This document shows positions 1 through 9,031 of a stretch of 64,000 nt of DNA, piece after piece. Each line of letters opens with the position of its first letter. The first letter of the stretch is position 1. The stretch covers positions 10,281-74,280 of the forward strand of contig JBHWTK010000062.1 in the NCBI GenBank assembly GCA_043427975.1, in the 5' to 3' direction. Under the pieces are notes generated by a model that saw only the letters and a list, made by a program, of their open reading frames with translations, was not told the origin of the DNA and made no database searches. Made by a program: the position numbers and the translations under genes. Source of the stretch: Chloroflexia bacterium (GTDB taxonomy: Bacteria; Chloroflexota; Chloroflexia; Thermomicrobiales; UBA6265).

Positions 1-1369
1 GGGCGGCATCGTACCGGTCCACTTCTTCCTGCGCGCGTTTGCTGACACTCTCCAGCAATGTGCGCCGGTCGTACTTGAACTGGGTGCCGACGTCGCCAAT
101 GAGCTCATCGGCGTACTGGCTCACACGGCGGCGATCCACGTAATCGTTCACCGCCTCCCACACGCGCAAATCCTGTTCCACCATCCAGTCGATCAATTCG
201 TCGATCGTTTCATCAATGGCCCGTTCGGTATCGCCAATAACCTTGCGATGGAACTCGTTCTTGATCCGGTCGGAGTTCATCAGGTCGAACACGCGGCCGA
301 TACGAATCGTTTCCTCGAAGAACTCATCGCCACGCTCGTTCATGCGATGGATGATGTTCTCCACCCGGGTCAGGTGGTACTCGAACTGCTTGCGCATGTC
401 CTCTTTATAGAGGGCAAGCTGGCGCTCGATGTTATCGATGGTTTTCAGGTCGTCGGCAATCACCGCCAGCCGGTCATGCGTGGCCTTGCTGTAGCGCTCG
501 GTAAGGTGGTCAGCAACTCCCAGCGGGTTGAGCAGCTTCAGGCGAATGCGGCTTTCCTCGTCCAGCGTTTCCACCACATAGGTTTCCAGCGGCCCGAACT
601 GGCTGGCCTGCCACAGGCGCGCTCCCTCCTCGGGATTGCGGTCGTCGATATCCTTGGATTGTTGCGCCAGCAGGGCGCTCACCGGGAAGACTTCCGGCGT
701 AAACCCGAGGAACTCCTGCACCTTGTCGGTGACGAAGCTCACCACCTGCTGCTTGCTTTCCTCGCTCCGCAGCAGGTCGATCTTGTTCAGGATGATGACG
801 ATCTTCTTGCCCCACTCGCGGATCTCGCTCATGAACTCGCGTTCACTTTCGGTGAACGGGCGATCGGCAGAGGTGACAAACAGCACGAGATCCGAACGGG
901 GCACAAAGCTCTGGGTCAGGGCCTCGTGCTCGCGGATGATGGCATTGGTGCCGGGCGTATCCACCACCGTGATTTCGCGCAGGAAATCGGCGGGGAAGGT
1001 GCGGCCAATAACGCCATCGGGCAACATGCGTTCAGTAACGGTATCGCCGTAACGGAGCAGGTTGATCACGGATGTTGTCGGGGTCACGCCCTCGGGCATC
1101 ACCGTTTCGCCAACCAGCGCATTGATAAACGCCGATTTGCCGGCATTAAACTCGCCCACAATCACCAGCATGAACAGTTCGCCCAGTTGGGAGGCCGCGA
1201 AATCCAGCGAACCAAGATCCTCTTCCGTGGCGGGGAAGCTGGCAAGGATATCGCGCAGCTTCGCCAGGATCGCCTGTTCCTGCTCCAGCAACTGCTGGTG
1301 CCGCTCGGTCAGGATGATGGTATCCGGGTTCCGGGATTTGTCCGCGCGCGGGCGAAAGACATTGCGCAT
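1..1369 (-). CDS. bacterial dynamin-like GTPase, N-terminal ~456 aa (gene runs off the left edge)
   Basis: Absent from the ORF track (no stop inside the window). Own reverse-strand translation from ATG 1369 (AAGGAG about 7 nt upstream; alternative ATG 1375) gives MRNVFRPRADK... It has P-loop GEFNAGKSAFINAL, G3 VVDTPGTNAI and G4 ILNKIDLL, then a long helical region. The + ORF 248..1915 is its antisense shadow. Confidence 0.8.
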   Translation of the reverse strand, partial: MRNVFRPRADKSRNPDTIILTERHQQLLEQEQAILAKLRDILASFPATEEDLGSLDFAASQLGELFMLVIVGEFNAGKSAFINALVGETVMPEGVTPTTSVINLLRYGDTVTERMLPDGVIGRTFPADFLREITVVDTPGTNAIIREHEALTQSFVPRSDLVLFVTSADRPFTESEREFMSEIREWGKKIVIILNKIDLLRSEESKQQVVSFVTDKVQEFLGFTPEVFPVSALLAQQSKDIDDRNPEEGARLWQASQFGPLETYVVETLDEESRIRLKLLNPLGVADHLTERYSKATHDRLAVIADDLKTIDNIERQLALYKEDMRKQFEYHLTRVENIIHRMNERGDEFFEETIRIGRVFDLMNSDRIKNEFHRKVIGDTERAIDETIDELIDWMVEQDLRVWEAVNDYVDRRRVSQYADELIGDVGTQFKYDRRTLLESVSKRAQEEVDRYDAA

Positions 1370-1694
1370 CCTCATGCTCCTTGCTGCCGGGGACTATGGG
1401 TTCCGGTGCACCTTCTGCAACACTGTACGAAAATTTCGTGCACCAGAACGGTATTATCGCCGGTTTCGTCGAACTCTGTACGCTCAAGTGACGATCGCTC
1501 ATCACGGGGATATCACTGGTCACTGCGGGCAAGAGGTTTGGCGAACAGGCAGCAAGGCAGTGCCACTGCCACGAATCAGGGCAATCGGCATGCCATGGGC
1601 TTCGGGAAACAGCATGCGCAGGGAACTTGCGATAATGGCCTGTCGTTCCTCACAATAGATGTACCATCCGCGAAATATGCCCGGAGGGCTCACT

Positions 1695-3395
1695 ATGCCA
1701 CGTACTCATTCTGCTATCTGGTTTCGGCTTGTGGTCGTCGCCCTGTTTGTGCTGGCCCTGGTGCCTTTTCGGCCGGCAAGCGCCGCCCAGGTAGCCGGGA
1801 ACAGTTACACGTCTTCCTTTGGATACCTGGTCACCTGGTCGGAGGAATGGACGTACGACGAGACCTTTGCGCTTCTGGAGCCTGGCGTGGTCGATTTGAT
1901 CACGCTCTGGCATAGCGATTCGGCCTTCCTGATGGTGACCGGCTATGCCGGGGTCGCCGATCCCTCCGTTGTGCTGGAACCGCTGGAAGGCGATGAAATT
2001 GTGTCCAGCGATCTCGAGGCCGAGATCCCGCAGATGGTGACCGAATCCGACGGGTTCCGCACGATCGCCGAAGCCTACACGATTGATGATGGCGCCGTCA
2101 CGATCGTGGTCTCGCTCACGGCAGTCGCCACCTCGTTCGACGACACACTGGCAGCGGCACCCGAAGCGGTGCAGGTAAACGGTAGCCCGGTGCTGGCCAC
2201 CCAGCCCCTGGCGGATTCCGACGAGGCTACCGACCTGACCGGAGACGAGGGCGATTCCGATACCGGTGTCACCCGCACCACCCGCAGCGCGGAAACGCCG
2301 ACACCTGAGGCGCAAACCACAACCGGTACTACCCGAACCACGCGAACAACCCGAACCGCCGGTAATACAGAGGTCTATACCGGGCCGGTGTACGGCTACT
2401 CGGTGGAGTACGACGGCGATACCTGGACCCTGGAAGATGAATACCAGGATGAAGGCAGCGATGGTCTCACCCTGACATCGGCCACCAGCACGCTCACTAT
2501 CTGGGCGTGGAACGGGTATGGGGCTGATCCGGTTGCCTGCCTCGATGGCGAAGCGGCCTTTTATGCAACGGAAGTAGAGAATATTTCCGATTGGGAACCC
2601 GTGACGGACGCCGATGGCCAGCCGCTGCGCGGCGAGAGCGCCAATGCGGCCTGGGGCGTGTACAGCCTGACCTACCAGAACGAGAACGGCCAGTCGCAAC
2701 CGCTGGTGGATTACATCAGCTGCGAAACCATTCCGGGCCAGGATGCCGTGCTGATTGTGCTGCTTTCCTCAGCACCAGAGAACTATAACGATAACCTTGA
2801 CCTGACATTCGCCATTCTCGATACGCTTCAGTTTGGCCAGACAACCGCGCAGGGGGATCCGACTGCGGAAGCACAACCGACCGAGGTTGCCCAAACCGCC
2901 ACCGAAACGGCCACCGTTGCCCCCGATGCCCGCGCCGAAATTGACACCAGCTTTGATGGAACGCAGTACACCAGCCCGCTCTACGGCTACACCGTCTATG
3001 TGCCGCTGGAGTGGCAGATTGTTTCGGAAACGGTGGATGGCGGTGAGGAGCGGCTGGTGCTGAACAACGGTGCCAGCGAGGTGACCCTGTGGGCCACCGA
3101 TGCCCAGGTCGGCGATTTGAGTGCCTGTGTCGATTACGCTGCCGCCAACAGCGGCAAGGACCTGACCCTGCTGGAGAACAGCACAGGCGGCCCGTTCCGC
3201 GGTGAGTATGGAGACGAGGCGTTCGGGAACTTCGTGTACACCGAGGGAGGCGTGCAAATGATGTACTTCATCAGCTGCCGGCCCATCGGCGATACCGGCG
3301 CGGTGCTGATCCTGACCCATGATGTCGAGTACTCGCGCTTCACCTCCGAGCGCCGGTTCCGTAACGAGATCGAGGACAGTATCACCATGCCGTAG
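1695..3395 (+). CDS. secreted protein of unknown function with three copies of one module and a Thr/Arg-rich linker
   Basis: Frame of track ORF 1659..3395. Start moved to ATG 1695 (GGAGGG about 6 nt upstream), giving the signal-like N-terminus MPRTHSAIWFRLVVVALFVLALVPFRPASA. Motif YT[SG][SP]x[FY]GYxV occurs three times. Confidence 0.7.
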   Translation: MPRTHSAIWFRLVVVALFVLALVPFRPASAAQVAGNSYTSSFGYLVTWSEEWTYDETFALLEPGVVDLITLWHSDSAFLMVTGYAGVADPSVVLEPLEGDEIVSSDLEAEIPQMVTESDGFRTIAEAYTIDDGAVTIVVSLTAVATSFDDTLAAAPEAVQVNGSPVLATQPLADSDEATDLTGDEGDSDTGVTRTTRSAETPTPEAQTTTGTTRTTRTTRTAGNTEVYTGPVYGYSVEYDGDTWTLEDEYQDEGSDGLTLTSATSTLTIWAWNGYGADPVACLDGEAAFYATEVENISDWEPVTDADGQPLRGESANAAWGVYSLTYQNENGQSQPLVDYISCETIPGQDAVLIVLLSSAPENYNDNLDLTFAILDTLQFGQTTAQGDPTAEAQPTEVAQTATETATVAPDARAEIDTSFDGTQYTSPLYGYTVYVPLEWQIVSETVDGGEERLVLNNGASEVTLWATDAQVGDLSACVDYAAANSGKDLTLLENSTGGPFRGEYGDEAFGNFVYTEGGVQMMYFISCRPIGDTGAVLILTHDVEYSRFTSERRFRNEIEDSITMP

Positions 3396-3483
3396 CGGCG
3401 GGTACGGGCTGCCTGGCGGGTTTTGGTACACTCGAGGCAATCGCCGCGCAGAAGCGCGAGGCATAAAGCACAACGGAGTATTC

Positions 3484-3762
3484 ATGAGCCGCACGGTCCA
3501 TTGCGTTAAGTTGAAGAAGGAATTGCCTGGCCTGGAGGAAGCGCCATTCCCGGGCGAACTGGGCCAGCGGATTTACGAACATGTTTCCGCCGAGGCCTAC
3601 GACCTCTGGAAGCCGCACCTTACGACCATCATCAACCACTACGGCCTCAACCCGGCCGAGCCGGAAACACGCAAAATGCTGCGAAAGGAGATGGAAGCAT
3701 TCTTCTTCGGCGAGCCGGAGACGACTGCCGAGAACCTCACCCCGGATACGGTGCGTAACTAG
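3484..3762 (+). CDS. yggX: Fe(2+)-trafficking / oxidative damage protection protein YggX
   Basis: MSRTVHCVKLKKELPGLEEAPFPGELGQRIYEHVSAEAYDLWKPHLTTIINHYGLN aligns along its length with E. coli YggX as I remember it ([39 protein letters not shown]...). Internal ATG of track ORF 3319..3762. Confidence 0.85.
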   Translation: MSRTVHCVKLKKELPGLEEAPFPGELGQRIYEHVSAEAYDLWKPHLTTIINHYGLNPAEPETRKMLRKEMEAFFFGEPETTAENLTPDTVRN

Positions 3763-3783
3763 CACCGGCGCCAGGGACAAACA

Positions 3784-3828
3784 GAACGGCCCGATTGCAC
3801 TAACGCGATCGGGCCGTTCACCGTTTTA
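3784..3828. terminator. bidirectional rho-independent terminator between yggX and the convergent small gene
   Basis: Perfect 12-bp stem GAACGGCCCGAT / ATCGGGCCGTTC with an 11-12 nt loop, followed by ACCGTTTT on the + strand. Confidence 0.7.
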
Positions 3829-3844
3829 CGTGTCAGGACCAGGT

Positions 3845-4111
3845 TTATTCTTCGATCATGCGTTCGCGGCCGGTATTCACCGTGCCTGCGCTCAATTTGC
3901 CGAGGGTGCACACCACCATGGTGAAAACGCCGCCCGAGCCATCGGGAGTTACGGTGATATCGCGCACCTTCAGGTTGCTGTAGGGCGAGCCAGAGCGGTC
4001 CTTGCCGAGCCAGGTATTGACGGCATCCATGGCGCCATTGGCATCGGCAGCCGCGTTCCTGCTGTGAAACAGGAAAACACGTGTATCAGCCGGGGAAAGC
4101 TCAAACGACAT
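3845..4111 (-). CDS. small hypothetical protein (88 aa)
   Basis: C-terminal part of track ORF 3845..5620. ATG at 4111 is preceded by AAAGGA. Sequence MSFELSPADTRVFLFHSRNAAADANGAMDAVNTWLGKDRSG... is protein-like. The rest of the 591-aa ORF is the antisense of purD. Confidence 0.55.
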   Translation of the reverse strand: MSFELSPADTRVFLFHSRNAAADANGAMDAVNTWLGKDRSGSPYSNLKVRDITVTPDGSGGVFTMVVCTLGKLSAGTVNTGRERMIEE

Positions 4112-4258
4112 TTTGTATCCTTTCAATTCGTAGAACCTGGTAGGCCATGGGCGGTGTGGATCGTTCAATCCGCGCATACATCTGGTACCACAAGGCAGTA
4201 TACGGGCAACAGCGGGTGAAAATCTGGCACGCACAAGCCAGGTGAAAGCGGGGGCACC

Positions 4259-5527
4259 ATGGGGTATCGCGTTCTGGTGGTTGGCAAGGGTGGCCGAGAG
4301 CATGCTGTGTGCTGGAAGCTGGCGCAAAGCGCTGTCGTGGATGCGTTGTATTGCGCACCGGGCAACCCTGGCATTGCCGCGCACGCGGAACTGGTGCCGG
4401 TGCAGCCCATGGATATCCCCGGGGTTGTCGATACCGCCCGCCGGCTGGCGATTGATTTCGTCGTCGTTGGGCCCGAGGAACCCCTGGCAGCCGGCCTTAC
4501 CGATGCGCTGGAGGCTGCCGGTATCCCCGTGGCTGGGCCGGTGAGTGCCGCGGCACAGCTTGAGGCCAGCAAGAGCTTCGCCAAAAAGGTGATGGCCGAT
4601 GCCAATGTCCCCACCGCCCGCAGCATCACTGTGTCCGATCGGGAGCAGGGAGTTGATGCGATCCACGAGCTTATGACCCCTGGCGGGGTGGTGATCAAGG
4701 CCGATGGCCTGGCCGCCGGCAAGGGCGTGGTGGTGGCAGATACGGTCGATGACGCCATCGCCGCGCTGGATAGTTTGCTGGTGGAGGGCCGTATGGGTGA
4801 GGCGGGCCGCACCATTGTGGTGGAGGAACGGCTGACCGGCCCGGAGGTCTCCATCCTGTGCCTCACCGATGGCAAAACGATTTGGCCGCTCCAGCCTTCC
4901 TGCGATTACAAGCGCGCCTACGATAACGACCTCGGCCCCAACACCGGTGGCATGGGCAATTACACGCCCACGCGGCTCGTGGATGATGCCCTGCTGGCGA
5001 AGATCGAGGCCGAAATTCTTCGACCTACCATCGCCGAAATGGCCTACCGGGGCACGCCGCTGAAGGGCATTCTGTTCGCCGGACTGATGATCTGCCATGA
5101 CGGCCCCAGGGTGATCGAGTTCAACTGCCGCTTTGGTGACCCCGAAACACAGGTGGTGCTGCCCACGCTGAATGCCGATCTGGGTGTGTTGTTGCATGCG
5201 GTTGCAACCGGTACGCTTTGGCGACATCAACGCCCAACGTCCATTGGCGCTGCCGTTGGTGTGGTGCTGGCGAGTGAGGGGTATCCCGCACCGCCGCGCA
5301 CGGGACACCCAATTTCCGGGCTGGACCAGGTGGGCGATGCCCTTGTGTTCCACGCCGGTACCAGGCAGGCAGGTGATGAGATTGTGACCGATGGCGGGCG
5401 AGTGCTCTGCGTGGTGGGGCTGGGCGAGAACATCGCTGTCGCCCGCGATAACGCCTACGCTGCCGCGGACAAGATCAGCTTCCAGGGCGCGTGGAAGCGC
5501 AGCGATATCGCCCTGCGCGAGGCGTGA
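4259..5527 (+). CDS. purD: phosphoribosylamine--glycine ligase
   Basis: MGYRVLVVGKGGREHAVCWKLAQS...CAPGNPGIA... and full-length ATP-grasp PurD-like sequence, 422 aa. Confidence 0.95.
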   Translation: MGYRVLVVGKGGREHAVCWKLAQSAVVDALYCAPGNPGIAAHAELVPVQPMDIPGVVDTARRLAIDFVVVGPEEPLAAGLTDALEAAGIPVAGPVSAAAQLEASKSFAKKVMADANVPTARSITVSDREQGVDAIHELMTPGGVVIKADGLAAGKGVVVADTVDDAIAALDSLLVEGRMGEAGRTIVVEERLTGPEVSILCLTDGKTIWPLQPSCDYKRAYDNDLGPNTGGMGNYTPTRLVDDALLAKIEAEILRPTIAEMAYRGTPLKGILFAGLMICHDGPRVIEFNCRFGDPETQVVLPTLNADLGVLLHAVATGTLWRHQRPTSIGAAVGVVLASEGYPAPPRTGHPISGLDQVGDALVFHAGTRQAGDEIVTDGGRVLCVVGLGENIAVARDNAYAAADKISFQGAWKRSDIALREA

Positions 5528-5592
5528 TTCTGGCCAAGCCAACCATGACGCGGGTGATGGACGATCCCCGGTCCGAGGTCCCAACGGTGCTT

Positions 5593-5601
5593 TGCTATAA
5601 T
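5593..5601 (+). promoter_or_regulatory. extended -10 promoter element TGCTATAAT
   Basis: Exact TGnTATAAT match 49 nt upstream of the DUF2795 gene ATG. No good -35 seen. Confidence 0.45.
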
Positions 5602-5649
5602 TCGGCCACACACGGCACATCAGAAATGTGCGTTGAAAAGGGGGAAACC

Positions 5650-5904
5650 ATGGACCGGATCAAGGGAATGCTCAACGATCTGACCGGTGGCGATGGGAAT
5701 GTCGATTCCAGCGACATCAAGGCCCAGATTGGCGATCTCGGACTCGACGATCTCAAGGACCTCAGCTTTCCGATCACCAAGGCCGAGGTACTGGAAACCC
5801 TGCGTAACAATGGCTCGTCATCCCTGTTGATTAATGCCGTCGAAAAGGTTCCGGCGGACACGTTCAACAGCCTCAACGACTTGAAAGCCAAGCTTCCACT
5901 ATAG
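5650..5904 (+). CDS. DUF2795-like small protein
   Basis: ATG 5650 after AAGGGGG. C-terminal LSFPITKAEVLETLRNNGSSSLLINAVEKVPADTFNSLNDL resembles the DUF2795 pattern (FPasK..L...A...ga...v...le.lp...y.s) recalled from memory. Confidence 0.65.
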   Translation: MDRIKGMLNDLTGGDGNVDSSDIKAQIGDLGLDDLKDLSFPITKAEVLETLRNNGSSSLLINAVEKVPADTFNSLNDLKAKLPL

Positions 5905-5920
5905 GCATCGACATCCCAAC

Positions 5921-5955
5921 GCCCCCGCAGTGCCGTGCACTGCGGGGGCGTTTTG
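5921..5955 (+). terminator. rho-independent terminator
   Basis: 13-bp perfect stem GCCCCCGCAGTGC / GCACTGCGGGGGC followed by GTTTTG. Confidence 0.8.
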
Positions 5956-6171
5956 CGTGCCCGAACTTCAGTAGTTACCGGTGGGTAAGGCGGTGACAGT
6001 AATAGTGGTTCGGTCCACCTAAAGCCATGCTGACGTGATCGTTTGGCAGCGCGGCACCCAATGTGCGTAGTGGGGCTCCAACCCCAAAACGGGGCACTTT
6101 GGAAGCTGGTTAGTTCCGATCCGCCTTTCAACGTCTTCACACCACATGTCGGAACCCAGGAGATTCCAGGT

Positions 6172-7008
6172 ATGTATTACACAGATGGCAAACTGCAGTA
6201 CCCCGTTCGTGTCGAAAAGCCGGATCCTCGCTTTGCCCGGGCGCTTCAGCAGGCGATTGGCGGTGTCGAGGGCGAAATCCGCGTGAGCATGCAGTACTTC
6301 TTCCAGGGGTGGGCCGCCCGCGATCCGAAATACCGGGATATGCTCCTCTCCACCGCGACCGAGGAAATCGCCCATATCGAGATGCTGGCCACGGCGGTAG
6401 CGCTGAACCTTGAGGGAGCACCAACATCCCTGCAGGAGAATGCCGTGAAGCAGGATCCCGCGGTTGGCGCCATAATGGGCGGCATGAATTTCCAGAACTA
6501 CCTCTCCGCCGGTCTCAACGCCATGCCGGTGAATTCCGATGGTATTCCGTTCGATATGTCCCATATCTATGCAAGCGGTAATCTCGCGGCGGATATGTAC
6601 TCCAACGTGACGGCCGAATCGACCGGTCGGGTGCTTGCGGTGCGATTGCATCACATGACCGACGATCCGGGGATGAAGGATATGCTGAGCTTCCTCATTG
6701 CCCGGGACGACATGCACCAGCAACAGTGGCTGGCGGTGATCGAGGAGCTCGGTGGCCTGGCCAACGTGTTGCCGATTCCCAACAGCTTCCCGCATAACGA
6801 GCAGGTCCAGGAGGTTCAGCACCTCTACGTCGATACCCGCATCGGTGAGGACGCTGTGCCGCTGAAGGGCCGGTTCACCGAAGGGCAAACATATGATGGC
6901 GAGGGTGAATTCAGCATCGCTGTTGCCAAGCCCTATGGCGACCGTCCGGTCCTTGGTCCTCCTTCTCCTGATACGTTCCCGCAAATGGAACAACTCATGA
7001 AGAAATAG
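6172..7008 (+). CDS. manganese catalase
   Basis: MYYTDGKLQYPVRVEKPDPRFARALQQAIGGVEGEIRVSMQYFFQGW...TEEIAHIEML is typical Mn-catalase (ferritin-like) sequence. ATG 6172 after AGGAG. Confidence 0.9.
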   Translation: MYYTDGKLQYPVRVEKPDPRFARALQQAIGGVEGEIRVSMQYFFQGWAARDPKYRDMLLSTATEEIAHIEMLATAVALNLEGAPTSLQENAVKQDPAVGAIMGGMNFQNYLSAGLNAMPVNSDGIPFDMSHIYASGNLAADMYSNVTAESTGRVLAVRLHHMTDDPGMKDMLSFLIARDDMHQQQWLAVIEELGGLANVLPIPNSFPHNEQVQEVQHLYVDTRIGEDAVPLKGRFTEGQTYDGEGEFSIAVAKPYGDRPVLGPPSPDTFPQMEQLMKK

Positions 7009-7213
7009 CCCGGGTGTAACGGGGTCCGATGGTGAAACATCGGACCATCTTGTTCAGGACTATGAGGAACATCCGGTACATGCCGTCGAGGGCTGTGCCG
7101 GATGTTTGCTGATTGCATGCCGTTGTCTGTGCGGCTATTGATGTTTGGGAACCTGATCCCTATTCTGCGACCAGATGACAATTCCATTCGGCGTTGTGCA
7201 GAAAGGGTTCCCC

Positions 7214-7708
7214 ATGAAGAGCGATCTCACCGTGAATCGACGTACCCTGCTCCGGTCAGGAATGACCCTTGGGGCCGCAACGGCGGCCATGCTTGTACGA
7301 GCCGCTAGCCAGTCCACCGCTACCGCGCTCCAGGGAACAGCCACGCCGGCAGCATCGCCCGGGGCCACGCCAGGCGCGACGCCACAATCCGGGGAAACGG
7401 TGAGGGTCGAGATGACGCAAAAGGCGCAGTTCGAGCCTGCGCATATCGAGATTTCCGTCGGCACCACGGTCGAGTGGGTGAACGTTTCCGATATGGCGCA
7501 CACTGCCACCTGTGACCCTGAGCAGAACCCGTTCAAGAAGACCCGTCCCGAATTGATCGAGTTGCCCCACGATGCCGAGCCGTGGGGATCAGAAATGATG
7601 CGTCCGGGCGACACGTTCAAACACACCTTCACCACGCCTGGAGATTACAAGTACATTTGTAACCCGCATGTGCTCTCCGGCATGGAAGGTACGATCACGG
7701 TGAAATGA
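7214..7708 (+). CDS. Tat-exported cupredoxin (plastocyanin/halocyanin-like blue copper protein)
   Basis: Twin-arginine signal NRRTLLRSG, an Ala/Pro/Thr-rich linker, and type-1 Cu ligand pattern H...YICNPHVLSGM (C-x2-H-x4-M). Confidence 0.85.
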   Translation: MKSDLTVNRRTLLRSGMTLGAATAAMLVRAASQSTATALQGTATPAASPGATPGATPQSGETVRVEMTQKAQFEPAHIEISVGTTVEWVNVSDMAHTATCDPEQNPFKKTRPELIELPHDAEPWGSEMMRPGDTFKHTFTTPGDYKYICNPHVLSGMEGTITVK

Positions 7709-7858
7709 TAGGCAAGCCGTGTTGCTAGGCCGTGGAAGAGATGGTGTAGCAACTAGACTCCGCGAGTTTCGGGACAAAGATTCAGTTCACATTGCCTGTC
7801 AATGGCTGTGAGAGAATTAGCACTGAGGGATAGGCAGAATGCGAAGGATAAATAGGCC

Positions 7859-8890
7859 ATGAAAGCTAAATTGGGGACTACTGAAAGCCCGATAGGCGTC
7901 ATCAAGTCCGTGGATTTGAGGGACGTCTGGATCAAGGAAGCATATGACTTTACTCCATGGCTCGCCGTCAACATAGAGCTACTTTCGGACGCTTTGGGTA
8001 TGGATTTGGAACTTCGCTCACAAGAGGCTGCCGTCGGCAATTTTTCTTTGGATTTGCTTGCCCATGATTTAGGAGGGGACCGAACCGTCATCATCGAGAA
8101 TCAGCTTTCGGTGACAGATCATGATCACCTCGGCAAGCTAATGACCTATGCCGCTGGATATGACGCGGATGTTGCGGTTTGGATAGCATCCAGCTTCCGA
8201 GATGAGCATCGCCAAGCGCTTGATTGGATGAATCAGCGCACAGATTCGTCCACGGAATTCTTCGGGATTGTTGTGGAAGCATGGCGGATCGATGATTCCC
8301 GCCCTGCCTGCAACCTTAAGATAGTCTCATCCCCAAACAGTTGGCAGAAATCTGTTCCCAAAAAGAGCACAAGTCTAGGTTCCCGCAACCAGAAGTATCA
8401 GCAGTTCTTTCAGATACTAATCGACAAGCTGCGTGAAATTGGTTTCACCAAAGCCAGGGCCAGCATGCCTCAAAATTGGTATTCCTTTTCCTCGGGAATA
8501 TCCGGCATCACTTATGGCACTGCATTCGCTTCAGGATCCCGAATTCGAGCCGAGCTGGTTATCGACCGCGGTGATAAAGCAATCAATAAAACCATCTTTG
8601 ATAGTCTTGAGGCAAAAAGGACGGAAATCGAGGGGGAACTTGGAGTTACGCTCACTTGGGAGAGGCTCGACAATAGAAGGAGCTGTCGAGTCGCGATCTA
8701 CTTGCCAGGCGATATCGAGGATGAGGACCTTGATGTCGAAAAGGTCGTGGCATGGAATGTTACTTATCTCCAGTCACTCAAGAAAGTCTTCAATCCCCGT
8801 ATTCAACAATTGCTCCAGCCTGTTAACATGCTAGATACGTCGACCATATCGGACAAATCTAACTCTGCTGCTGACAATGAGATATCATGA
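7859..8890 (+). CDS. PD-(D/E)XK nuclease-like N-terminal domain fused to a DUF4268-like C-terminal domain
   Basis: 343-aa ORF in an AT-rich stretch. Motif FSLDLLAHD...RTVIIENQL...DHDHLGKLMTYAAG matches a D..(E)xQ/K nuclease core. The C-terminal half (QKYQQFFQILIDKLRE...WYSFSSG...) resembles DUF4268 from memory. Confidence 0.7.
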   Translation: MKAKLGTTESPIGVIKSVDLRDVWIKEAYDFTPWLAVNIELLSDALGMDLELRSQEAAVGNFSLDLLAHDLGGDRTVIIENQLSVTDHDHLGKLMTYAAGYDADVAVWIASSFRDEHRQALDWMNQRTDSSTEFFGIVVEAWRIDDSRPACNLKIVSSPNSWQKSVPKKSTSLGSRNQKYQQFFQILIDKLREIGFTKARASMPQNWYSFSSGISGITYGTAFASGSRIRAELVIDRGDKAINKTIFDSLEAKRTEIEGELGVTLTWERLDNRRSCRVAIYLPGDIEDEDLDVEKVVAWNVTYLQSLKKVFNPRIQQLLQPVNMLDTSTISDKSNSAADNEIS

Positions 8891-8966
8891 TTTCATGAAG
8901 ATCACGCGACGCAATCTCTGAAAAGCTTTGGCTGTACGAAACTTTTGTCACCGTTGTCCGCAAAAT

Positions 8967-9000
8967 GGAACCGGGCCTCGCACATGCGAGGCCCGGTTCC
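8967..9000. terminator. strong hairpin between convergent genes
   Basis: 15-bp perfect stem GGAACCGGGCCTCGC / GCGAGGCCCGGTTCC with a 4-nt loop. An ATTTTG tract follows on the minus-strand side. Confidence 0.6.
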
Positions 9001-9031
9001 GTACATAGGGGAGGGGAGATAGTGAACGGGT

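Noticed and set aside
248-1915. 555-aa + strand ORF, the longest in this part of the track
   Set aside because: Low-complexity Arg/Gly/His/Ala-rich sequence with no motifs. The opposite strand encodes a motif-perfect dynamin-like GTPase, so this is a high-GC antisense shadow.
4112-5620. Upstream 500 aa of the 591-aa minus-strand ORF 3845..5620
   Set aside because: It is the antisense of the unambiguous purD gene. Only the last 88 codons (3845..4111), which have their own RBS, look real.
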